Positions 40,501 through 48,378 of a DNA stretch of 64,000 bases are shown here, piece by piece. The stretch spans positions 1,390 to 65,389 of the forward strand of contig JAFWZP010000106.1 in the NCBI GenBank assembly GCA_017522255.1. Reading direction: 5' to 3'. This DNA is from Bacteroidales bacterium. GTDB lineage: Bacteria > Bacteroidota > Bacteroidia > Bacteroidales > P3. Numbering within the stretch: position 1 is the stretch's first letter; every line of letters starts with the position of its first letter. Position numbers and translations under genes: made by a program. The notes beneath the pieces are model-generated. The model saw only the letters and a program-made list of their open reading frames with translations, made no database searches and was not told the origin of the DNA.

Positions 40501-40840
40501 CTGCACTTTCTTTGTCCAAATCATTACAATCCAAAATCGCATCATGATTCAAAAGAACTTGATATGGATTGTTGTATGAAGTTAGATTGAAATTCTTTAT
40601 CGACACTCCTTCTTTGCCAACACCGCCAATAAATTTCAATTTTAAAAGCGAAGAAGAATCAACTACTAAATAATCAGAAGTCTGAATCCCATCAATAGAG
40701 AAATTATCAACGGGAACATTAATTATTTGTTTCTGAAAAAGAATATTCCTTCGTACAGGGAAATCAATACTGCTGGAATCTATTTCACGGTAACCGCTAT
40801 CCAACCCAAAATTGTGTATTGCAGTTTTTTTAACAGACAT
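37580..40840 (-). CDS. giant Hsp70-fold fusion protein (1086 aa: ~470 aa unknown N-region plus Hsp70-like NBD plus C-region)
   Basis: WLCVDYGTSATVAVFGDG, LVYDMGAGTLDLTYLTI and TLIMAGRSIQFGDIK, in the correct order and spacing for an Hsp70 nucleotide-binding domain. Confidence 0.75.
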   Translation of the reverse strand: MSVKKTAIHNFGLDSGYREIDSSSIDFPVRRNILFQKQIINVPVDNFSIDGIQTSDYLVVDSSSLLKLKFIGGVGKEGVSIKNFNLTSYNNPYQVLLNHDAILDCNDLDKESAEIKFKVKFSFENQVISEDYIVVVRLVKAKPDCTINFLSKNDLKYKHDNVCVGHFEIENSCAYRYAELAALNLSIKYPTQFSENLVSFAMPKDIVEDNPYFEISGLRGADEEPISMLKLNRISGQEIELKKLSTQNIVSIPVFLDLDKLENPENEVRLEKFVAIAKNILNDVPTDPIDCVVPVYRDFTRTRLSVICNGKEVDNNSKTTYGHYNWIEHQTGKAERFSGLIQIAKIQLGNEATNKGASSDSAVVLKNIKIYPIVNDQEIISSPSIDFLDIKDIDEGIYTLKNGVDSFITYTCKLLHKNIEDIPSYNSKIIFNIEFDYIEDERGRYNLEEMVWSHFHSEAIIEIEKDPGREWLCVDYGTSATVAVFGDGTERNFQLLKLNDRNKEIIDERENDRYRNPRFEEGSNFLSSNIMLQSDTPSVDSDSYKKSLVYLSPSEPRFHSEGFRLPYMKALVGYKNIPNGEMYANFKYKLHESDTQVLTFAQSPLDVDAIFRSTYRTLFKDYINECIPKGKLVNKIVLSVPNTYTPHHIEYLRKIVLKEIPSIRPDYVWFVSESDSIAYFYLKNWGKYNKNRNIGSDTFVEHVLVYDMGAGTLDLTYLTIEHLSDGDKKVSMLSKMGLNKAGNYLDYVLAEALVDEYPQVFPKEILEHSKDDTMQNLLGKLKFFIKNTLKPSLFSSDTIVFSAWNGQTMMGVDFNDVEIDLDLIRSNKHVQSFITECTDTLFERFTQLGHLKMDESPIDTLIMAGRSIQFGDIKTRLRNKVNIWNDDNSCVSLEINGEDLKTVVAQGALYYAALYGKRASSVILYNKNIYAKYGVLYIDRKNRWAYQPLIDTETKTTNRSINVSGQQNGMQVFTYDTDRFSADSSTDYINLDMRNTIEAYLVQCYSPYPADDYEDEERRNDYISIMAAFNPGSVCQDTRNVHIRLEINEKNEMTFTAGDLEFEASAPVKIDVETNNTFKHSMWPYA

Positions 40841-40852
40841 AATATAATTGTT

Positions 40853-42034
40853 TTAAATCTTGATTTCTTTAGCAATTGGTTTATATATATTGCTTCTATA
40901 AATAATATAAACTACTATAGCAATCAATATAAAAATAATGATCCAAGCCCAAGTGTTTGCGGCTGTAGTTTGTGATGAAGTCCAGAATGAGATAGAGAAC
41001 AAGAAATCTGGGAGTGGGACAATGCCAAGAATAGAGGCGTCCTTTTCTTTTTTTATGACAACTCTACGAGTTAATCCCTCAGAACCTTGCAACTTGGACC
41101 CTTTGGGGTGTAGAACGGTATTATTGTAAATTTCATCACATAGTTTAACCCATGAATCTATTTCTATATGAACGTTATTTATTTCACTCTTTGATATTTG
41201 CAATTCTATTTCTTGATTTGCGTGGATTTCTTGCGATGAAATAATTTTATCGCCATTATAGAGACTAAGAACTAGTTTTTGAATCTCATAATCTTTATTT
41301 TGAATAGCATCAGTGGCGAATTTTACACTATATGAACTCTTTTTGCGTTCGGCAATAATCTCATGAGGGAAATCCAACACAGATTCTAATGCGAAATATT
41401 GCTGCAAAGGTATAAATTCATATAATTGAACATATCCTCCAATTATAGATTTACTTCCCAGATATTCACAAAAATAATTCGTCTGAACATTTTTTATTGA
41501 CTTTTTAAATTCATTATTTCCTTCTTGAGAAAAATTATTCCTCACAAAAGAAACCTCGCCATAGTAATCGTCATTTCCGTTATACTTACCATCAGTAATT
41601 ATTGCCATAAAAGTTCGATTAGTTAAAGCCATATCTTTTAGAGCTATTAAAGAATAGGGTTTAGCGAAGCTAGTAATAGAAAAGAAGGAACCGATAGGTA
41701 GTTGTGAATGCAAGCTATTTAGCAAATCAGAATAGCCGTCAGTTGCAGGTCTGGGTTTTACAATTACCTTAGAGAAATCTTTAGGTGATAGGGCACCTTC
41801 TCTAACACCATATAAAACTCCGGACACTAAATCTGGAGCGACATTATGCTCACGAGTTATTCCTAAAATGGCTTCTGATACACTATTTGATTTCCAAAAA
41901 GGAGCACCATTAACCCTAGGAGCTCGTACATCGAGAGCAATGATTAAAGAAGATTTCTGTTTTGAAACCTCCGTTTGTGCATAAATTATTAGTGATAATA
42001 ATAAAAAATTGAAAAATAACAATAAACGTTTCAT
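40853..42034 (-). CDS. exported, C-terminally membrane-anchored protein, possibly vWA-like
   Basis: Signal peptide and a C-terminal TM segment WAWIIIFILIAIVVYIIY. LIIALDVRAP and FMAIITDGKYNG resemble vWA strands, but the MIDAS DxSxS motif is not conserved. Confidence 0.6.
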   Translation of the reverse strand: MKRLLLFFNFLLLSLIIYAQTEVSKQKSSLIIALDVRAPRVNGAPFWKSNSVSEAILGITREHNVAPDLVSGVLYGVREGALSPKDFSKVIVKPRPATDGYSDLLNSLHSQLPIGSFFSITSFAKPYSLIALKDMALTNRTFMAIITDGKYNGNDDYYGEVSFVRNNFSQEGNNEFKKSIKNVQTNYFCEYLGSKSIIGGYVQLYEFIPLQQYFALESVLDFPHEIIAERKKSSYSVKFATDAIQNKDYEIQKLVLSLYNGDKIISSQEIHANQEIELQISKSEINNVHIEIDSWVKLCDEIYNNTVLHPKGSKLQGSEGLTRRVVIKKEKDASILGIVPLPDFLFSISFWTSSQTTAANTWAWIIIFILIAIVVYIIYRSNIYKPIAKEIKI

Positions 42035-42039
42035 ATATG

Positions 42040-43674
42040 CTAATTATGTATTATTTGACTAAATTCTATATCATTTCCACGAATATCACCATTTGGTATT
42101 TTACAATGTACAGTAACCAAGGTTTCAGTTGCTTCTATATCGATATATATAGGAATGTCATTCAATTTACGTCCATGTGAATAGATGATATATTCGGAAA
42201 AATCTATATTACCAATATATTTTCGATTTTTTCTACTATTTCCTTCTCCTTGATATAATTGTACGGTCCCAATATCCACTATGTCTCCACTATTTGACAG
42301 CTTTGTGGGGTAATAAATTTTATGAGAAATTGCTGGTGACAATGCATTTGCTTCTATCAAGACATCTAATTTTCCATTAAATTTTTCAAGATAAAGAGCA
42401 TGTGATACTCGTGTTTTCATTTTCTCGATCGCATTGCCTTGTTTGAACGGATGATATTTTGTGTTATATATTTCATCACTTTTCATCGCAGAGAATATAC
42501 TTGCTCCGTTTGCGACGATAGTGAAATTATCCATCATATTCGACGTCGTTAGTTCTTTGGCATTAGGGTGAATATTTGTTACAAGGTCTCTGAATGCAGG
42601 TATAAAAGACGTGCCACCCACAGGAACTATAAAATTTACAGATTCTTTATTAATCCTTGCCTTACTATAGATTTGATTCAAACATTCAGAGAATTCTTCG
42701 ATCATATTTCTTTTGCTGCCAAGCTGACCTGATAAAATAGAATTCAAATTATCTCTCGTTATTTCCAACTCAATGTAGCCACCATCAACTCCAAATAGAT
42801 TTGAACACATAAATGAATAGTGTTCGTTGATTGACAAGTTATGTTTAGCTTCCTTACATTCTTCTATTAATCTTGCCTTATTTAGCAAAAGATGTCTATC
42901 GTCTAAATTTAGATTTTCTATACCTTCGTGATAAATTACGTAGTCTAACAATAATTCATCAATATCGTCACCGCCAAAGTTACAGATTCCATCATTAGCT
43001 AGAACCTCATACTCAAAAGTGCTGTTATTATTCGTTATTCTGACTAGGGTAAGATCTAATGTACCACCACCTATGTCATAAATCAAAAACACCTTCGAGT
43101 CGATAGATGATTCATGTAACTGATAAATGCAAGCCAAAGATGCGGCTATCGGTTCGGGAAGCAAGAAAATCTCCGCATTATAATTCAATTGACTTTTTAA
43201 GGCATTTTGGGCTGCCTTTAATATAAATGCATTTTCATTTTCTCCAAAATAATATGGAACAGTAACCGTAATTACACCTGGCGAAAACTCATGATCCGTT
43301 AGTTTCACTTCTTTTGAGAAGTCGGAGATTATGGATTCAACAATATCTACATTTGTATATTCTTTATTTGATAAAATATACTTGTCTGCAGATGTTATCC
43401 TCCGTTTTACACTCACAACGACATTTTGAGGATCCGTTATCCTTCTGTTATATGCTGCAGCTCCAGTCCTTATTACTCCATTGTCATGGTCTAATAGGGC
43501 AATTGAGGGGTACAGAAAACTACTTGTTAATGGAAAATTAAAACTTGTCGGTCCTGTAACAAGCGTAGACTGTTTATAGCCACTCATAACACTATTGGAA
43601 GTTCCAAAGTCAATTCCAATAGGAATACAACTTTGGATATTTGTAAGCTTTATTGGATTAATCGGTTTGTTCAT
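42040..43674 (-). CDS. Hsp70 family ATPase paralogue (544 aa)
   Basis: IGIDFGTSNSVMSGY, IYDIGGGTLDLTLVRI and IVPVGGTSFIPAFRDLV. Its ATG overlaps the upstream stop (ATGA). Confidence 0.85.
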   Translation of the reverse strand: MNKPINPIKLTNIQSCIPIGIDFGTSNSVMSGYKQSTLVTGPTSFNFPLTSSFLYPSIALLDHDNGVIRTGAAAYNRRITDPQNVVVSVKRRITSADKYILSNKEYTNVDIVESIISDFSKEVKLTDHEFSPGVITVTVPYYFGENENAFILKAAQNALKSQLNYNAEIFLLPEPIAASLACIYQLHESSIDSKVFLIYDIGGGTLDLTLVRITNNNSTFEYEVLANDGICNFGGDDIDELLLDYVIYHEGIENLNLDDRHLLLNKARLIEECKEAKHNLSINEHYSFMCSNLFGVDGGYIELEITRDNLNSILSGQLGSKRNMIEEFSECLNQIYSKARINKESVNFIVPVGGTSFIPAFRDLVTNIHPNAKELTTSNMMDNFTIVANGASIFSAMKSDEIYNTKYHPFKQGNAIEKMKTRVSHALYLEKFNGKLDVLIEANALSPAISHKIYYPTKLSNSGDIVDIGTVQLYQGEGNSRKNRKYIGNIDFSEYIIYSHGRKLNDIPIYIDIEATETLVTVHCKIPNGDIRGNDIEFSQIIHN

Positions 43675-45056
43675 ATAGTAGGATTATCCTCTGAGCTTGT
43701 CTTCGCTACTTTGGTTCCGTAAACAGATATTTTCGCAGGTCTCGTAACAAAATCTATATCTCCATCAGAATTGTACTTTGCAAAGCCTACATCAGTAATT
43801 GACGAAATACACTCAATCATCTCTGCAGAAGGTGCATCTTCAGATACAAGTACATCATACCAATTGACATCGTATTGATTGAAATTTCTATTTATTTCAA
43901 GTTCCAGAGGCTGTATATTGTATGCATTCTTCAAAAAAGAAACAATAGTACAAAGTAGTTTTTCAATCATATCAGAAAACTTCAAACAACAAAGTTTGCT
44001 GATCTCGTCAATCTGAGGAAGTTCCTGCTCAAGAACACGAAAATCAGAAAGACTCTTATTTAGTGTGTCATATAGTTTGTAAACCTCAACAAGAGAAGTT
44101 GTATATATACGTTTGCTAAGAGAACTCAAATTATTTTGGAGTTCTTGAACTTGTTGATACAAACTTCGTGCTTCATTTATGAATTTATCAGGGTTCCCAA
44201 TTATAGAGGCAAGAGTATCAGGCAACAAGATGTATTTCTCGTTTATATCACCACTTATTTCTTCCCCCGTATCTCTAAGTTGGAGAACAAGATTTTTGTC
44301 TTCACCAAGTTTTTGCAGTGATGGCAATTCGATTTTTTCCAAGGATGAGTCTAAGTTGGTGTCTATAGACACTGTTTTTAGGAGTGCTAAGCGAAGTGAT
44401 TCAGAGCAGTCTTTAATGAATTTAAAAAACATCCATGTTTTAGAAGAGAATACATAAATGGAATCACGAACTTTTGCACTTACATTTTGAACTTGGGCTT
44501 GATTAGCCTTGTAGTAATAAACATCCTTTGGTAATGGAAATACGCTGCTATATAAGTTTCGGTTTATGAAGATTCTAATATTCTCCTTGTTTTCTTCTTT
44601 CACAGAATTCTCCATTACATAACACCACTGATTAATCCACTCATCCTTGTCATCGTAATCTTCAAACAACGGTAGTGCGTAATACAGTTTTTCGCCCCAA
44701 TTGGCATTTTCCACGACGTTCGCAAATTCTCTTTTGAACGAATCGTACAATTCATTCGACAGAATGGAATCTGCTTTAAGATTTTCATGAATTTTTTTCA
44801 AATCATTAATTTGGTCTATAAGCTTATCGTACTGTTGAATGATTTCAAAAAGAGACGCGTTATCTTTAGAATATAAATTCTCTAAGGATGATATTCTATT
44901 TAACAATGATGTGTACTCATCCTCTGTAGTTGATTCAAGATTTTCTTGCTCACAAGAATCTTGTGCAGATAAGTTTTGAGGACTTTCAAACTGCTCAGAT
45001 ACAGAATTTGTTAAATCCTGATTTGAGTTGTCCTGTATATTATTTGTATTATCCAT
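43671..45056 (-). CDS. coiled-coil protein with GrpE-like C-terminal segment (candidate nucleotide-exchange factor)
   Basis: Acidic N-terminus and long helical regions. The C-terminus ..DVGFAKYNSDGDIDFVTRPAKISVYG resembles the GrpE motif G[FY]x..[LIV]RPAxVxV. Confidence 0.6.
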   Translation of the reverse strand: MDNTNNIQDNSNQDLTNSVSEQFESPQNLSAQDSCEQENLESTTEDEYTSLLNRISSLENLYSKDNASLFEIIQQYDKLIDQINDLKKIHENLKADSILSNELYDSFKREFANVVENANWGEKLYYALPLFEDYDDKDEWINQWCYVMENSVKEENKENIRIFINRNLYSSVFPLPKDVYYYKANQAQVQNVSAKVRDSIYVFSSKTWMFFKFIKDCSESLRLALLKTVSIDTNLDSSLEKIELPSLQKLGEDKNLVLQLRDTGEEISGDINEKYILLPDTLASIIGNPDKFINEARSLYQQVQELQNNLSSLSKRIYTTSLVEVYKLYDTLNKSLSDFRVLEQELPQIDEISKLCCLKFSDMIEKLLCTIVSFLKNAYNIQPLELEINRNFNQYDVNWYDVLVSEDAPSAEMIECISSITDVGFAKYNSDGDIDFVTRPAKISVYGTKVAKTSSEDNPTI

Positions 45057-45061
45057 ATCTA

Positions 45062-46654
45062 TTATGAAAATTGGATTTGTCCTTCTGTGTGAAGATCAGA
45101 ACCATCTTCATTACCTTGAGGAACGTTAATAATTACCTTAACATTTGTAGCTTCAGCAAGTAATGTTACTGAAATTAGAATATCCTTCTTAATACGTCCG
45201 TGTGTATAAATCGTAGGTATAGGAATACTTCCAATTATATCATTACCTTGTTTTACAGTTAAAGAATCGATAGAGGCGGTAGCACCATCAGCACTTAATT
45301 TTGAAGGTCTATAGACTCTAGTGCCAGAGATAGGCGTAAATTTGTTTGAGGAAATTATGGTGTCTACCCTATTTGTATCTGTAATGATACCTAAGTTATG
45401 AGCAGTCTTGGGTCTTATTATAATATCATCCCAATAATGTAAATGTCTATGGTAGTCAGGGTTATTCGCATTGCTCTTGTCCAGAAAATAAGCAGCATAT
45501 ATACATGCTCCACGGGCTACAGTTTCTGAAGGCTTAGGACTTTGATACATTTTGTCACTGCCAAATTTTTGTTCAAGCATCTTTCTTATACAGGGGATAT
45601 TGCTAGATCCTCCAACGAGAACAACCCTATCGATCATTTGTCGTTTTAACTCAGCTTTGTTGAGACACCTATCAACAATATCTTCAATTTTTGATATATA
45701 GTCTTTTTTTAGTCCTTCTTCACCTCTTAGAATTTTCTCTATATGTTTGTCGGTGAGAGTGAAATTGAGCATTGGTTGATCATAAAAACCATTAACAATT
45801 ACGGAAGTACTGCTTACAGAGGATAATATACATTTTGCATCCGTAGTTTCCAAATACAAAGAAGCATAACTATTCTTGTATTTAGGATCTTTTTCCATAT
45901 TTACATCTATTCCATTCTTTTCTAAAATGAATCTTCGAATAGATGCATCAAAATCCTCACCTCCTAGTCGAGCGTCACCATCTGTGGCGAGGACTGTAAA
46001 TTCCAATTTCTTATCATTAAGTGAGTTTTTTAATTCGTATATTGTTACATCAAAAGTACCACCACCTAAATCAAAAATTAATATATTTTGATGCTTAATT
46101 GAGTCCGAAAAAGAAAACGCATAGTCTAAGCCTGCAGCAATTGGCTCGGGGACAGTCTTTAAATTAAGACTATCCTCATATTCCATATGTTCACCATAAA
46201 CTCCCTCTAATGCAATAGATAGAGATGTGCATGTATTCTCTTTTGGGCGTTCTGTAAAATAATAAGGAACAGAAACTACTACACCTTCAGGAATAAAATC
46301 AGCACCTTCTACTGGATTCACAGCTGCTTTAAACATGTGTTTAAGCAACATTGAACTCAGTTCAATTGGAGTGATTTCCCCATGTTCATTTTCAAAAGGG
46401 GTGTTGTCGTCCATGCCACGCTTAAAAGCGGAATAAAACTTGTCAGGAGCAGTTAGACAATGCTTTATCGCACCACTTCCATACATGACATTTTCCTTGT
46501 CATTAAAATCTGGGATGAAGATCTTAGATGCAATATAGTATTTGCATTCCTGCGGAAAATGATAGCAAGTTGGACCTAGTTCTAAACCAGAATCTTTCCA
46601 GCCAGCAATTGCACTATATGTAGTGCCTAAATCGATACCTATAGGCTTACTCAT
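45062..46654 (-). CDS. Hsp70 family ATPase paralogue (530 aa)
   Basis: IGIDLGTTYSAIAGW, IFDLGGGTFDVTIYEL and VVLVGGSSNIPCIRKML. Confidence 0.85.
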   Translation of the reverse strand: MSKPIGIDLGTTYSAIAGWKDSGLELGPTCYHFPQECKYYIASKIFIPDFNDKENVMYGSGAIKHCLTAPDKFYSAFKRGMDDNTPFENEHGEITPIELSSMLLKHMFKAAVNPVEGADFIPEGVVVSVPYYFTERPKENTCTSLSIALEGVYGEHMEYEDSLNLKTVPEPIAAGLDYAFSFSDSIKHQNILIFDLGGGTFDVTIYELKNSLNDKKLEFTVLATDGDARLGGEDFDASIRRFILEKNGIDVNMEKDPKYKNSYASLYLETTDAKCILSSVSSTSVIVNGFYDQPMLNFTLTDKHIEKILRGEEGLKKDYISKIEDIVDRCLNKAELKRQMIDRVVLVGGSSNIPCIRKMLEQKFGSDKMYQSPKPSETVARGACIYAAYFLDKSNANNPDYHRHLHYWDDIIIRPKTAHNLGIITDTNRVDTIISSNKFTPISGTRVYRPSKLSADGATASIDSLTVKQGNDIIGSIPIPTIYTHGRIKKDILISVTLLAEATNVKVIINVPQGNEDGSDLHTEGQIQFS

Positions 46655-46666
46655 TCTTGTGTCATT

Positions 46667-48367
46667 TTAGTAGTTCCACTTAATATCATCTGTTTTAATA
46701 GGATTGCCATCCACCTTGCCAGTTAGCTGAAGAGACTTATCCTCGTTAATGGACATTGTCAGTTCAATATCAAGGGTGCCAGCTGGCTTACGGGGAATCT
46801 CAACGTTAAATTCACCAATCCAGGTGAATAAGCGAGTTCCATTCTTGTCCGTTTCATGAACTGAATGTTCACATGTTATGTTATTGCCATCCTGCTCTAC
46901 CTCTATCTGTACAGGAATCGTCCAACCTACAAGAGATAGTTGACCAGAATCATTTGCATTCGTAAAATGACGAGTACGGCTTATTTTTCCATTCTCAAGA
47001 GTCTCACCTTTTAACAACATTGGCCCGAAAGTTCCCCCCTCCAATTCAATGCCATAATTCTTCGCTAAGGGGTCGATTATTACACTTGTACCCAAGTTGC
47101 CTAGGTTGTCAATGTCTATGATGTCAGAACCAAAATAGGATGCACCAGCAGCAACAAAGGTGTCAACGTTTGGAGCTACATAAGGATCCCTCTCCATCTT
47201 GTCCTTTACAGCATCAAAAACCCATGGAGCTTTGCTTGAGCCTCCAACAAGGACAATTCGATTTATGCCATCTATATCTGTTTTACTTTCAGATAGAACT
47301 TCCTTCAAGGTGTCGATAGTCCTATTAACATAGGGAGCAATTACATTAAGAAAATCTGACTTCGTAATTACTTCCTTAAAGTCATATGAGTTGCCGTTAA
47401 TAGTAAGGCTTCTCTCAAACTCATATTCTGCAGAACCACCTGAATATTCTTTTTTAGCCTCTTCGGCCCAAATCTTGAGTATTGCTTTCGTTTTGAGAGA
47501 ATCCTCACCTTCAAGTATGTTGATTCCTGCAGATTTAGAAAGTTTCAACACTAACAAGTCAACTAATGCCCAGTCAAGATCGTCTCCTCCAAGCTTAGAA
47601 TCACCACCTTTATTTATAAGGTTAAACTCTGGCATAGTTTTGCCAGACTTTGCAGACACCTCAAGAAGAGTTACATCGAAAGTTCCACCACCAAAGTCAT
47701 AAATAAGGAGCTTTTGAGATTTATTTTTTGTTCCCCCAAAAAGACCATCCATGAGTCCGTAGGCAATTGCAGCTGCTGTTGGCTCCTCTAAGATGGTTAC
47801 ACCCTTAGGATGGCCATTTTCATCGTATAGCATTTCTTGTGTGTCTTCATCCCAAGTTCCAAATCCTGCAAGTTTTGCAGCTTTGAACACATTCTCAATG
47901 TAAGTCGGTTGGCATTGTGCAGGAACACAAATAACAGCCTTGCATATAGTACCAGCAGTACCATATACTGGATGGTTTTGAACAGCATCACGTATCTTTA
48001 TTAGAACTTGTGTTGCCATGAATGTAGGATCAAGTTCTTCACCATCTATGGTGTATTTCGCCTTGACCTGTGGATCTAAAGCCCATTCGCTGGACGCCAT
48101 TTGCGTCTTAAATGAAGAGAAAACTTCGTCAGGCTTAGATACAATCCACTTTTTTGCTAAAGTTCCGATCTGTAGATCATCCCTACTGCGATCTGGGAAT
48201 CGAACTACAGAAGGCATAGAAAGTCCTTCTTCCGGAATGTTTACCACATCCATACCCTGAGGGCCGTAAACAGCGACACTCGAATTCGTTGTTCCCAGGT
48301 CTATACCTAGTACATATTTTGAAATTACTCTTTCAAAATGACCGTTATCTTGATTAATTTCACACAT
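46667..48367 (-). CDS. Hsp70 family ATPase paralogue (566 aa from first ATG)
   Basis: LGIDLGTTNSSVAVY, IYDFGGGTFDVTLLEV and IVLVGGSSKAPWVFDAV. The SBD-beta-like end reads IEVPRKPAGTLDIELTMSINEDKSLQL. The ORF-track start at 48385 is TTG. Confidence 0.85.
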   Translation of the reverse strand: MCEINQDNGHFERVISKYVLGIDLGTTNSSVAVYGPQGMDVVNIPEEGLSMPSVVRFPDRSRDDLQIGTLAKKWIVSKPDEVFSSFKTQMASSEWALDPQVKAKYTIDGEELDPTFMATQVLIKIRDAVQNHPVYGTAGTICKAVICVPAQCQPTYIENVFKAAKLAGFGTWDEDTQEMLYDENGHPKGVTILEEPTAAAIAYGLMDGLFGGTKNKSQKLLIYDFGGGTFDVTLLEVSAKSGKTMPEFNLINKGGDSKLGGDDLDWALVDLLVLKLSKSAGINILEGEDSLKTKAILKIWAEEAKKEYSGGSAEYEFERSLTINGNSYDFKEVITKSDFLNVIAPYVNRTIDTLKEVLSESKTDIDGINRIVLVGGSSKAPWVFDAVKDKMERDPYVAPNVDTFVAAGASYFGSDIIDIDNLGNLGTSVIIDPLAKNYGIELEGGTFGPMLLKGETLENGKISRTRHFTNANDSGQLSLVGWTIPVQIEVEQDGNNITCEHSVHETDKNGTRLFTWIGEFNVEIPRKPAGTLDIELTMSINEDKSLQLTGKVDGNPIKTDDIKWNY

Positions 48368-48378
48368 AAATTTTATTT

